The position numbers and the translations under genes are program-made. DNA of 63,629 bases, the filler included, from Sphacelaria rigidula (taxonomy: Eukaryota): NCBI GenBank assembly GCA_964200075.2. It is 4 parts of 4 records of this genome, joined end to end, with 100 filler letters (N's around TTAATTAATTAA, not from the genome) between each part and the next. Parts side by side here need not be neighbours in the genome. Positions count along the whole stretch, not along the records: positions 15,938 to 31,771 come from CAXNAA020001576.1; positions 31,872 to 47,700 come from CAXNAA020001577.1; 2 more parts are not named here. One strand, given 5' to 3'. Each line of letters begins with the position of its first letter. The first letter of the stretch is position 1. The notes under the pieces are model-generated. The model worked only from the letters and a program-made list of their open reading frames with translations. It did not search any database and was not told the DNA's origin. Shown here in pieces: positions 25,396-38,488 of the stretch.

Positions 25396-28300
25396 TAGGG
25401 CATTGTCCTGTAACGCCGGAAAAATGTAACGACAGTAAAAACGTATTTTGTCCAACGCGGGACTCGCCCACCAACCCATACTCTACTCCACCTGTATCGG
25501 ATATGCAGACGACACAAACGATCTGGTCTTTCATTCCGGACGATATTGTTTGCAGGCTGCACTTTTACCGCTTGAAAGTAAGTGCTGGCTATCCCTGTAC
25601 CCCATGCACTCAGCCAACGCGCTAAATGCAAAAACTGTAACCAAAGCACGTGCAGAGTCGCTCATTTTTTCGAATAATTGCCGATTGAGAGGTGTACAAC
25701 GACGAACCAATGAAAGAAGCAGCTTCGCATTTTTTCAGAAAATGTATCAATGTGTGTATGAAAGTCGGATATCATGGTTGGGTTTTTGACACCCAAGTTG
25801 TTCTCGGTATTCTCGGCAGAAGTATTTCGCACGACTGGAAAGAAGCGCTGACCTGTGCACACCGGGTCACGGGTAGTGACGTTCGGACCAGACAGAGCTA
25901 AGGGACATCCCAGCACACGTGACGCGCCCGCTCAACCGAATTTTAATGAAACGGAGTAAGGTATGTTCATCACACATGCCAGTATTCCCGCGGGTTCAAT
26001 GCTGAGGACAGCGCAATCGTCAGCTGTTGATAACGTCGCGAGGGAGGCAAAGACGTTGTGTCGTGTGTGCATGGCGGTGTGGTGTATCGCATAGTTCAGT
26101 ACATGATGGTGCGTTTCATCGGCGCACCACCACCTTATTCGCGTCGCGTGTGCAGAATGTTGATGCATGTACCACAAAGGCTCATCAAAGTGAAGCAGTG
26201 GGGTTTGGAAGCACGCTGTGAGCCGAAAGCATAGCTAGTAACTTGAGAGCGCAGAGGATCAACGGCCCGCGGCCAGGCGTGACTCGCTCTCCATCATAAG
26301 CATTTCGCTCGTGACAAATGCCTCGAAAAAAAACATCCAAAAGTGGGGTGCGCATGTTAGCAGTACTTCACAGCACTGGGGTTTCCAAACCAGCACCCTA
26401 ACCGTAACCCTCACCTCAGCACTAAGAAAGATGTCAAGCGTGGCGATGTCGGAGTTTCGAAACCGCCGGCCATGCGTGGTATTGAGTGTTAAAAGTTGAA
26501 AACTGCAAAGCCGAAGAGAGTTGAACTTGGCTGCTGAGACTTGGAGTTGAAGTGCCAGATAATTACTCCCGGTGTGCTGGATGGCGTCCTCTTGAAACGG
26601 ACGAGGGTGGAAATATTGAAATATTCCGATGATGGACCTGTACGCCCGCCCTAGTTGCGTCGTGCGCCCGACGTCGTTCAACAAATCTCAGTTCTTCAGT
26701 GTCGGGCTCGAATGGTCAAAGTGCTATTCTGGTGCGTCCTCTTGGTGTCATATTCATGGCTGTGAAAATGTAGATTACCGCTTCACCGAGGAGTGCTCTG
26801 GGTGCAGATTTTTCTGCTGCTGTGGCCATTGAAGCTGCGGTTAACGCCTTGGCTGTTATCGGCCGTCTCGATGTACCTCTTCATAATACTGTTAGAAACG
26901 GGCTGCACAGTGGTGCCCTCGTGTACGATGGTAGTCCGGTAATTCGAGAGTTGATCACACCCTGGAGAATAGACGGCATGTATTGCGATAGCAATATAAT
27001 CTGCTGCAGTAGATGCCAATATTGTCATCTGGAATGGCCGTCGATCGGCAAGTTTCTCTTTTTATTGTCGTCGGCAATGCCTATCGATAGACCATTTTCC
27101 CACACTCATTTTCTCACACTCTTGCCTGGGCAGCAGTCTGCTGTGGCCCTACACCGAAATCTATTGCGGCCGACCAAATGCATCGATCGATATCTTTCCG
27201 AATCTACCGATGACGGCATTGAATATCGATACACCGCGTGCCAAATTTATTAATAACAATGACTACTTCTTCGTATACCCAATATTTTAATTACGGCATA
27301 GCTATTGACAGATTGCGTATAAATCTATGCATGGCAATGAATATCGTTGGATACAAACCAGAATCTACTGTGGTCTACTGTACAATGCCCACCGACAGAT
27401 TCTCTATGTCGTGTAATTGCCGCACCAACATCGGAACATACTGCGTGTAGGGCATATCATACTCCGTTAAGGTACAGTAGAGAAGCCGAAGGTGGACATG
27501 CAGTGGGTATATAATGATACTAGTTGTGAATGTATGACATCACGTTTCTACTTACGGAACGCTTGTATTTTGTAGGAATCGGCAACACGTGTGGACAAAA
27601 CTTTACAGTTTAGTTATTGCTGTGGTGTTGGTACTTATGGTTGTCCCTCTGATGGACGTGAGCGCTTACCGTACTTTGGTGTGTGGGTGAGATTTGCTTA
27701 TACCCTGGACAAAAGTCCATGTAATAGAACATCGGCGCTGCAATAGCCCCGAAAATTTGACTGTCATAATCGACTGGCATCAATGTCTATCGATAGCTAT
27801 TGTAGGCGACAGTAGATTCGAGACAGGGTGCAGAATGTATTATTGCCGTGGCAGTGGAGCGGTCAAGTTGTCTACCGGTACATTTTATTTGGTGCAATAG
27901 GCTCTGAGTTGTGGCCATCAATGTCTGTTGCTAATTACAAAAGGATCTGCCACGCTGCCACCAATACATAATAGGAGTTGTGTTCGTTGAAGAGCGACCT
28001 CCGAGCTGACTGTTTCTTGCCGTTGTATCCAGCGGAATATTCTGCACTCATACCGACCCTGCACGCTACTGGCTGCATGGTGAAAATCGATCAGGGGTTT
28101 TTCGCAACGTTTTTATTCACACATGCCCAGCATCCGCACGATTATGGAAAAAGGCGTTTCGTGCAGCGAGACAAGAGCTGTTCTGAACCCCAAGTGTGGC
28201 ACGGTCCATCTCAAGTCCACCCGTGGCGGGGCCGCTGTCTAGGGGATAAGGAAGTGTAGGTTTCCTTTTTGATTGTCCGCAGTTGTGTCTTTCAGCGTCT

Positions 28301-28537
28301 ACCGTAGATTTTCCATGTCCGACCATGTGCCTCAGTCGTGTGTCCCTCTCTTGTATGGGGTGGTGAACCGCAGTACATTGGTGAGAAACCGGTGTACTCA
28401 CAACGTATACAGGGGCTACCGACTACGAGGTAAAGCATCCGGCGGCAGTCCACACGGCTTACAAGTATTCCGTGCCGATTCAAAAATGTTCCGTCAAGTT
28501 ACTCGTCTGTCCGTGCTGTCCCCCTCTTTCGCCACAG

Positions 28538-28609
28538 GTGATATCCCCGAAGAGCTGGGACAGCTTACCGCTTTGACTCATCTTAACCTGCGAGACAACC
28601 GGCTGACAG
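28538..28609 (+). CDS. Single 72-nt exon encoding one 24-aa leucine-rich repeat (LRR protein, possibly ROCO LRR-GTPase type); rest of the gene is not on this contig
   Basis: Pyrimidine tract + CAG acceptor, GTGAG donor, phase 1-1; translates (G)DIPEELGQLTALTHLNLRDNRLT(G), matching the plant-type LRR consensus GxIPxELGxLxxLxxLxLxxNxLT. Confidence 0.88.
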
Positions 28610-31600
28610 GTGAGCTGCATTGTAACGTTTTCAACGAGACTATTGGGTGATGGCTGAAGGCTAGGATAGCAATCCTGTTGTTCTTGTCGTGGAAGTCAGG
28701 TCCTCAGTTGGGGCAAAGCGTTGTACCATGCACCATGCCAGATACGCTGTTACACTTCGCGTGTTTGTGCGGTGCTCGTGCTTCCTGTCGGGACCCGACG
28801 TTGTTCTGTGGGCTAGGCCGGGCAGGCTTGGTTTACCATGTTCAGCAAGGTTGGGCAGTAGTTTCTCTTAGTTCGTCTTTCTGCTGAGGTAAACCGTCCT
28901 CTGATGGGACGTAAATTTCGGAGCACTCTATCCTTGGTCCTTCGGCAGGCTACGAGCTGGGCCAGCCTCAAAATGGATTTGAGGTCTAAAATCAATATCT
29001 CATCGACACGGACGAGGTATCGGCTTGACTCACCAAACTCTTGTGCGTATGCGGGGGGCTGTGCAGTCCCGCCTGCCGGCTTGCTTCATATGTCGAGAAA
29101 CTCGCGATAAAAAGTGATACAGCTGTCGCATACTAAGGCATGTTGATGAGGGATGAAGCTTGTGTCCCTTTCGTGTTCTGGTCGGCAGCTCGGCAGAGGT
29201 GCGACCACTTGATGACGTGTTCATTTTTCCTCCGTGTTTTGTTTGATCACTTTCGGAGAAGGTTTGTTGATTTTTGAGGGCCCCTCTGACACCCACAACT
29301 GTCTTGAGTACAGGCTGTCCTTTCTCTGTGCCACATGGTTGAGTACGTGCGTGAGATGCTGCTCTCGATCAGAGGGTTGTTTTGAAGGCACCACGGAGGT
29401 TCCTTAGTAAACACAAAATTTCACGGTTAGGACGAGTCAGAGTTCATACGAGTCGACTCCTCATGATGTGAAGGCAGTGATGCTGTATACTCTGTTGGTC
29501 CCGGTGAGTCGAGAGTGGATAAGACATATGCAGCGCAGTCATCTTGCGGACATTACAGCTGCCAGATAATAACGTGTGGTTCAGGGCCCATCGTAAGTGA
29601 AGATTCAAACCTGTACAGCTTGTTGGTCCCGCATTAACCCGAAGGTGGGAAAAATATACGGGCGCCAACCTCGAACGCTTGAAGGCAAGTGCTGCTTGCA
29701 GTGCTTCTAGGGCGTACATGTTCGCGGCGCTTCTCGGTACCAGGGTTTCCGAACCAGACACCTGAAACCCCAACCCTGACCATGGCCCTGATACCAAGGA
29801 AGAAAATGCAGTTTGTGACGGTGTCAGGTTATATATTCTTGGCCATACGCAACATTTGAACGATCAAAGTTTGGGAGTGCTGAATAGAGGAGTGTAAAAT
29901 TGGGTGATTAAGGTCTCAAGTTGAAGTGCCAGAAAATTCCTCCCGCTGTGCTAGAGACGTCCTTATCCGTGCACTCCGGACGCACCTTTGCTTGCCGAAA
30001 CACTCATGAAGCTGACGATGATATATCATTTGAACTTTCCAGATGGTGGGCTTGTACGTCCGCCCAAATTGCGTTGCGAACGCTTTATCGTTTCACAAAT
30101 ACTGCAGCTTTAACTCGAATACTATTAGCTGCTGCCGCGGTATATGCTCGTGGTGACAAAGTAGTCAATATTCAGACATACTGCGCGACCATCGACGCTG
30201 GGATTAGCGCGTTGGTTTACCGTTTTGATGTACCGCCCATGAGGTCGGCAACTTTGTCAGTTTTGCGCCAATTCGTTTGTACTGTACGGCCTTGTTTACA
30301 TATTTGTATTCCCCGAGTGTGCGCACGGATGTTCATGTACACGAGATCATGTACAAGGTATTGTGAGCGGTTTAAAGGTTTGGCGTCCACAGCGATGTAA
30401 AATATTTCAATCTCACAGTTGTCTTTGCGATTGCAGCCCATGCAGTGACACGTTTTGTCAGGTGCCTCGCTATATGCTCCAATGTATTTTGGGAGGAATC
30501 CTAGCGCATCGTGATCCGAGAATATATGAATCGATTTGATCGATTAAATGTGACGAATCAAGACACGAGGGATTCAGGCGTGATGACAAGATACACGCGT
30601 CCAACGTTATCAAAGTGGTAGCACGCTCTAAAGGGAACTCGACGACGGGGAATGATGAAGAAGTGCAGATGCAAGCAAATGCATCAAACTGGTGGCAAAA
30701 GGCGATGCACAAGAAAAAGAGGGACATCATATGGAGGAAGAGAAGGAAGAGAAAGTAATTATTGAGTCGGGAAGCACGTCCCCTTGTGGATGATCAAATG
30801 GTAACGAAAAAAAGAGAAATCAACTACTGTAGTAACAAGAAATGGTCAGTCCGGGCAACATGACTCGAGAGAAAAACTGTCGTCCGAGGACAAAAGTACG
30901 TGAAAACTATGTGGAAACACACTATTATGACATGGATTGTCACCAACGACCTCTCAGGGGACGAGACACAAAACACCGCTACCGTATGAGAAGTGAAACA
31001 AATAGACTGAAGAATAAAAATAGAGAAAGAGGAGGACAATGGGAGAGATAAGAGAAGGGAAAATAACGAAAAATGGAACACGATAGACCAAGTAGAACAC
31101 GCGTGGGAACGCAGCTAGGAACATGGCCAAGGTTGCGATAAAAAGGAAGAAGACAACAACCGACGAGAAGAAACAGGGTCATGTCAGTTAGGTGACCTAG
31201 AAAGCGAACGCCGACCATGTGGTGCAGGGAACAGCTTCACCCCCGAGTGCTCGTGTCATGCAGAAGAATGTACTGTTGAACAGCTCATACTACCTCCACT
31301 TTCCTTTTGCACGGTATAGCTGATACTGCATTTCCAAAATCTGGCACAGCCTACGCCGTCAGTAACGCTGACCTGAGTACACACTCAAGGGCATCCAATA
31401 TCAATTAGTAGCTGTCGTTTTGGGGTCATTCCATAGCCGTGAAAGTCGCTCCTCCACCAAGTAAGACACGTTGTGTCATGCCCCCAGGACCAGGAGTTTT
31501 TTGTTGTTGTCGGCCATGGTTCACTGCTCGAGTTTGCTGTTTACGGCTGGTAAGTCGGCTCGGCTAGCGAGGCTACATTTGCCTCCCATTGTAAGGGTAA

Positions 31601-31771
31601 CTAGAAAAGGCCGCCTGTTTCACACGGGGAGCGAGAGACATTACCTCATCACGGACATTTCAGCACTTTCCGTCGTGCGTTGAGAAAGTCTCCTTTTTTG
31701 TATTGTTCGCCAACCAGAAGAATGCTGGGCGCTCTCACCGCACCTCTTTGTACATGACTACCCAATCGTTT

Positions 31772-31871
31772 NNNNNNNNNNNNNNNNNNNNNNNNNNNNN
31801 NNNNNNNNNNNNNNNTTAATTAATTAANNNNNNNNNNNNNNNNNNNNNNNNNNNNNNNNNNNNNNNNNNNN
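31772..31871. other. Artificial contig-joining linker
   Basis: Same 100-nt N/TTAATTAATTAA structure. Confidence 0.97.
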
Positions 31872-32700
31872 GTCATCAGACCATCGACCTCGCATCCCTA
31901 CAAAGCCGGGACGGAGCACGCCAGGTTTTCGCCGGGCCAGGCGGGGGGAGAGATTAGAAGAACAGCGAGAAAGTGCAAGGCTAAGATCCAGATCCAGCAC
32001 AGTACCGATGCCGAGAAAGAACAAACGGCAGGCCACTGCCGCACATGTTCAGGAAAGGAAGCCATACAAGAACAAAGAAACAGGCAAAGCGATCAGGGCC
32101 TTGGAAGCAGGTCATAAACTCAGCTATCGGGAGATCAACCTTTTCAGGCAAAAACTCTCACCCACGAGGTCTGCAGGAGCGAGACACACTTACTTACACT
32201 GCACTCAAACCGAGGAAACGGACAGAGCACAAGAGAGGAGGAAAATATGGAACCAAGAAAGGCCTGACCATGCACAGGAATTTGTACAGGAGCACAGCTA
32301 AATAGGAAACATCGCTGAAGTTGCAAGTAAAGGTATAAGTCAACAGCCGACAGGGTATTGTGCACCCCTTGACAACGGCTAGCGAGCCAACCTCTTCGCC
32401 ATTTTCGCTTTGAACTCCTCGCGGGCCGTTTTTTGCTGGTGCGCTGGTGACGTTTCTATCATATTTTTGGGGGCTCTCAGCGCAATATCTTCTGTCTTGT
32501 GGTATAGGCCGGATTGGCGTAGGTCTGCCCATCACAACTCCTCTTCAAACTCCTCCGCTCCTTCCTTGACCCTGAGGTGCCATATGCTGATCCACGTGCT
32601 TTGCGGCAGTGATTCGCCAGTCGAGCCCTTGACCTCCAAACCGCAGAGAAACCACTTACTCTATTTCCCCTTGTTACGTGAAATGATCCCTGATGATGGG

Positions 32701-32951
32701 GAGTAATGCCGCGATAGCCTCTCCTCCCCAAAACCAGCCTCAAACTGTTACGACGAAAATGGCCGTACAGAGCATGGATGCTAGTCCCAGCCTGCATGAA
32801 GCGCCTCATGTAAGCGATATCGGCGAAAACAATCCCAAGCGTGGAGCTCCCAGCTACTCGGCGTGCTTGGCTTTTGTCCTTTTGATGTACACGTAGATTC
32901 TGCCCCCTCAAACCGTCCACATTTCTGGGGAGGGCTATCGCGGCATCAGTC
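32701..32951. mobile_element. MITE, TIR GA.T.ATGCCGCGATAGCC, imperfect 4-bp TSD (TGGG/TGAG)
   Basis: TIRs, plus the internal block AAGCGCCTCAT...CCCAAGCGTGG..TCCCAGCT shared with the 41.9-kb copy. Confidence 0.75.
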
Positions 32952-33599
32952 TGAGAGAGCACTGTATATCTTCAAGAGGAAATGCGAACATGCGACCTGA
33001 CCGCATTGAATCGAAACACGGCTGAACAACTCTTCTTGTGCACCACAGCAAATGACAGGCGTATCAAAAACAAGGTTCTATGTCATACCTCAGTCACTGC
33101 TGTCGTAGGGAGAGTTACACAAATCTGCACAGTGCATGCACTGCACAAGTGCACCTTTCGTCTTCTGTTGGGTTGCTCTCGAATTATGGATATCCATGTA
33201 TCGGCCACTTGCGTCATAGACGCAAAATGAGACCGGCGGCTCACACTTAAAGGATTTTTTTTTCATAAAAAATCGGTGTCTACTCTCTCTACCGCAGTTT
33301 GAACCATGCGCTCTACAGGCCTTGCTGCTCCCGGTACGAGGTTTTCGGAATATTCTACTGTGTAGCAACGATGGTAGGTTCGCTCATGGTGGTCGGTGAG
33401 CCGGTGAGGAGTTTGACTCCCAAATAAACTTCCAATCGGTATGAGTTGAGCCGCGTGTTCCGTTCGAGCTTGGTTCTGGCGTTCTGGCGATGTACAGGTG
33501 CACCACATCAACTGCTACCACCCGTACCCGTCGAGTGCTTTCCACGCCCTGCCTGCGAAAGTTTGTTGCTAAAAAAACGCTGCTTCGTTGCAAAGGAAG

Positions 33600-33641
33600 A
33601 TGGGTGAGGAAGTGACTGTGAAGGCGGGCGAATCCATCCAG
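33600..33641 (+). CDS. Beta-helix (pectin-lyase-fold) protein, first detected exon
   Basis: MGEEVTVKAGESIQ, then GT donor; joins in frame to DALKHAKPG to give the typical 'V.AGESIQ.AL..AKPG.TI.L..GTY' N-terminus. The start ATG is uncertain. Confidence 0.65.
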
Positions 33642-35289
33642 GTGAAAGTCGACTTCGACTGTCTGTGGATGCAAAATGTGCTTGTTCTGACTGTACGGTA
33701 TTCCTCGAAGGGCCGTGCTTCCTCTACTGCCGCATGTACTGTTCAACTACTCTATACTGGTATACTGTACTCGTAGGTTACCGTACTGGCACACTGCACA
33801 GCTACGAAGAGCTTGATTTTTTTGTCCTCGCTGTTCGTCCAAAGTTGTTGGTATTGTTACACTGTAATGAGATAACGCGGCAAATTCCAGGCTCCTGTTG
33901 CCCCCCGCTACAACTAGCAGCAAATTGACCGCTTGTCTGATCGGGGGGGCGTGACAGATTCTCTGAAGCATACGGCGGTCGCAAACAAAGGCCAGATACA
34001 TGTTGTGTACTTCGAACGGTTATTTTCCCAACGATGTTGCGATGGGACTACGGTACCGCTCTTATGTTGGAACACAACGTCATGCTGTGCATTCCGGTGC
34101 TGCAATGTACAGTGGATTGCTGTACAATACACCAGCGTAGGCTAAAGTCTCAGCGTCACAGCACAAGAACGAGTACCGGTTCGGGACCCTCCCCTCCCTC
34201 CGCCGAGTCAGAAGCAACCTCAGTCAAAACCGCCCATGATCACGGAAGAGATCCCGAACGTCGTCTGCAATAATTTTTCACGCCGTTTTCAAGACTTGGG
34301 AATTGAAATTCACACGCATGTTCCTGAAGGAAACCCGAGGTTGCCATTCGTTCCTGAAGGAAGCCCGAGGTTGTCGATGTCTGGTACTTCTCCTGGATTC
34401 CGCGCGGTTCACCGTTGTCTGAAGTCGGTACACGGGGGACCGGAAAGCCGATAAAATTGAGAGAGCTCTCATGTGCAAGATGCTGGCGACCTCGGGCGTT
34501 TCGTGATTTATCCACCAATCCACTTTCATTCTCAACTCTTCGTACTACAATATAGCGGCTTGATAAAGATCGAACAAAAGTGTTGACGAACCCTTGTGGA
34601 ACACGCCCCAGTTCCCGTCCCCAGGTCAGACGCCTCATCATTCATGGTTGCGGGTGCAGGACAGAGAATGTTTTTCAACCATCTGAGACGCGCAAAGAAA
34701 GCTAGCACCTCGCTGTGGTCGGGTCAGTTTTTTCTATAACAGTAGTACCACGGTCCCGTTGAAGTTTGTGGAATTGTCTCTATGTGAGATTATCGTCACC
34801 TGCAGTTTAGTTGGTCCCATTCTTCAAATCGTCACTTCCAATGGTGCCAGTTCTCAAGTACAGCACGGTTACGGCATGTACCACGGCATGCGAATCTGCA
34901 AAGCGCCACGCGTGTGCCCCATGCTGTACTCTACTGTGTTATTCGCAACGGATGGTAACAATTGCCATGGGAGCAAGCGTCCCGCTGCCTCACCTTGCAA
35001 AGTGCCCAAAGTGCTCCCCGTTGGACACGCTGCGGCCTTTTATCGCATATACGCGAGTCGTGAAGGATTGTGTTGTGCTCTTTGTCCACTCGCAGCATCG
35101 TCGGCCAAGTCAACATCCAGTCTGGAGTTTCGACCGGACATGACATGTTTTTCTTCATTTATCGAGTACATGGTGCTCGTGCTACGATGTGAGAGTGCTT
35201 GCACATTAATCCCCTCCTGCTGACAGTGATCCTAGATTTTGACTGCGAGTATGTTCGTGTGTGTGTGTTTTTTTTTCTGTCTTCTGTCG

Positions 35290-36150
35290 CACTTTCAACC
35301 TCTCCCCTTCCTCGTGATGAGTCCGTGGTCTCAAGGGATAAACCGGCCCCTTCCCGCGGTACACACCCATTGCATTTCGGTGTCGCAGGTTGGATCAGCT
35401 CTGCCGCACCACGTCGACTTTAGTCAAGTAATCTGCACCACCCTTTCTTTTTTGGTGTCACCAATTTGGATCAGCACACCCACACCGCATTGACTCTCGT
35501 CAAAGAAAGCGCTCTTTGCTACTAGCGTCCTTACCTCTTGAACGATGGGAAGAAGAAAAACGTCTACTTCTCAGGCCGCTTCTTACAGCAGACAAGAATA
35601 AAAACTCTGAAAAAGTGCTCTTCTGGAGCTTTTACGTCGTTTTAAGCCATAAGAGAGAGCTAGGCGAACTTTGACACCTTGGAATGATTTGCTCTACTCG
35701 TTGAGGGGGTTCCAGGACATTTCCTCGTTCTCCAGTGGCCGTGGTTTTTTATTTTCGCCAACCAAGAATTTTAGTCCAAAAAAAGTTGAGAAATGTCAAA
35801 CACAGAGAAATTCGCCACATTTCTCTGGACTTGACCCTTCTTGGACAAAAATTCTTTTTTGGCCAAAATAAAAACTGTGGCCTCCGAGAAACGGGGAAAT
35901 GTCCTGGAACCACCTCAATGAGTAGAGCAAATCATTGTTGGGTGTCAAACTCCGCCTAGTTCTCTGTTCAGGCGTAGAAGTATGTAAAAGCTCCAAAAAA
36001 GCAGTTTTCTAGTTTTTTATTTATTTTCGTTACAAGAAGCGGCCTCAGTAAAAAAAAAAACGAAGAAAAAACTCATCTACCGGAAATCGAAACCGCATCC
36101 TTCCGACCTAACTGGCGTCACCTGTACCAATTAGATCACCAGTGCTAGGC
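35290..36150 (-). mobile_element. SINE split by the 35574-36044 MITE
   Basis: Body at 35290-35440; tRNA-like head (GGTTTCGATTTCCGG) at about 36070-36150. Confidence 0.75.
35574..36044. mobile_element. Foldback MITE (GGCCGCTTCTT termini, TCA TSD), PIF/Harbinger-like, inserted into a SINE
   Basis: Arms of about 210 bp that are reverse complements; TCA on both sides. Confidence 0.85.
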
Positions 36151-36573
36151 CACGTATGTCTCCACAGGTGCGCACGTGCTGTTGGCTGTATCGTCTATTT
36201 TATCTTCTTTAGTAGAGACGGAGAAGTCGTCGACGGCGTGTCCAACACGAACGAAGGAATCTGGAAAAAGGGGATACGTGTGTCGAAGGGGAAAAAAAAG
36301 TACTTGGCCCCGCGCTCATGGCCGCGGCATGTGTATCTGAGAGTGAATTTTCAGAAAAAGAAATCCCGTCTGCGAATCCTGGGAATATTGGAGAAAAGCA
36401 AGCTAGGAAGTTTACCACCAAATGCAATATATAATCCGAATCCAAGCCGTGTGTTTCTGTACCCGAAACGCGCTCCCCTTAACGAGCGGCGGCCGAGTTA
36501 TTCAGAAAAAAAATAAAAATAACACTGCGCCTTCTGTCGTTCGTCTCCCTTGTTGCTATATCTGCCTGTACAG

Positions 36574-36651
36574 GATGCGCTCAAGCACGCTAAGCCCGGT
36601 ACAACCATTTTCCTCGAGGCTGGCACGTACCACGAGTTCTTGAAGACCAGG
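36574..36651 (+). CDS. Beta-helix protein exon 2
   Basis: AG/GT bounded, phase 0-0: DALKHAKPGTTIFLEAGTYHEFLKTR. Confidence 0.85.
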
Positions 36652-37541
36652 GTAAAATACGCAGTAGGAATAACTACTCCGCTCTGGTAATGCAGAGGAA
36701 CGGCTGCTACTATCATGTCTTGTCTACTGTAGTACTACTGCGCAGATACGGTAGAGGTACTCATGAAGCGCTGGCTCGTTAGCTCTCGCGTACTCTTGAG
36801 TGTTTGCGCGAATGTTCATGCAGCAGTGCTTGTATTCCATCGTGATACAAGTACAGCAATCAAGTTTCTGAGGATCACCCCTCTGCTACCTCGACGATTG
36901 CATCCTCATGTGTGATCGGTGCCTTCGTTTACATGGCCGTACTGTTGAGGTACTTTTTCTTTGATCCGGAGTGAGGTATCTCGTTTATATGACTGTGACC
37001 ACGGGTTCGAGAGATGGGGCTAATGTGCGGAAAATAAGTTACAGTAGTAGCAATAGGGATAGTAATGATGACGAATACCAGTCACTACTTCAAATTGAGT
37101 CGTGCAGCTAGCTCTTCGCGTAGTTCAGATTTTCTCTCGGGTGTGTGTCGACTTTTCATTTGACCACCTCCCCCACAACACGCAGAATTGGAATGTGTGA
37201 CTGCTGGAGGCCGCTCGATTTACAAACGTGGCACCCACCACGTACAGCCCAACAACTAATAATCCACCCCCCGAACAGATCAAACAGAGCAAACAGAGCA
37301 AACAAACAGCCGAACGAGTCTCGACGGCGTGAATCTTGTGCTCTCTCACGTGGCCGGGGTGAGCTTGCCTGGTGGGCGACACTGGAAATAAAAAAGGCGA
37401 AATGATTGATCGATTCGTTCGTTCGTCACGAATCAATTACGCTGAAAACACGTAATGTGCCGTCGGTCGAATCACGATCCGTCCTACATCGTGCAACCGA
37501 CTCAGCAACCACCGCATCAACCAACCAATCGATCTAACAAG

Positions 37542-37667
37542 GTTGACGGCACGAAGGACCAGCCGATCACCATCAAAGGCCCCGGACCCAGCGACCCCGC
37601 CATCGTCAAGGGAAGCGAAGCGGGCGGCTCCTGCATCGAGATCAACCACGACCACTACGTCCTCGAC
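37542..37667 (+). CDS. Beta-helix protein exon 3
   Basis: AG/GT bounded, phase 0-0: VDGTKDQPITIKGPGPSDPAIVKGSEAGGSCIEINHDHYVLD. Confidence 0.85.
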
Positions 37668-38488
37668 GTGAGACGATAGACTGATTTTTTTATTGCTTCA
37701 GGGGTACTGTTATCGGGTCTTTCCCTCCCCCCCCCCCCGGATATCTCCGAGTTTTTCGGAAGAATATTTTTTCACCAAAATATTTGCGAGCAGATTTCTC
37801 AACCAGGTCAGGCAACGCATCCATTTTCAGACTGACTATAGGTGCCTCGAAAACCTAGCGTTGGATCTCCTTTCAGCAATTTTTTCTTCGGAAAAGTCGG
37901 AGGAAAATTTTGCCCCCCACAGTGAGACCCCGCACAGTAATGATAAATTGATCCGATTTAAATATAATATTATTTCGGTATTTTCCTTGATGGAAGAAGA
38001 GATCGATTTGGTTTCACTCTACTTAGTCTGGAATTTCTGTGTCAATCCTGCTGCGTCAAGATAGATGGGCCACGACTACATCACAACGCCCTTGATGTAC
38101 AAGCAGTGAACGGCGAGGTGATTGATTTTGGTGGATTGACGGAAATGATCTAACACGCACTTCATGTGTAAAACTCGTGGATCGCACGCACGAATAACGA
38201 ATCGTCTGAAACTGACTTGCTTCCAGTGTAATTGGTTTGTACCGCACGAATCAATCATAAGGCTTTGTTTTCAGCGTTTCCCCCCCAGGTGACCGCGCCC
38301 TGGGCACGTGGAATAGTGGAATAGTGCAGAGTTTGCGTAGGGACGTTTTTGACCCGCGGTCGTTTTTTCCTCTCCCTCTCTCTCTCTCTCTCTCTCTTTC
38401 TCTCGAGTGAATGAGGCCTCAAATATTCGTAGATCTGGTGATTCGAACCGGCAATGATTCCTCCGGCCCTTGAAAATGTTTCCCACAG

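Noticed and set aside
32008-32301. 97-aa basic ORF
   Set aside because: No recognisable motif or supporting splice structure
35311-35345. Hammerhead-ribozyme-like string in the SINE antisense strand (GTGATGAGTCC...GGATAAAC)
   Set aside because: Lacks the invariant C3 and the G of GAAA; not conserved across copies; wrong strand relative to the Pol III head
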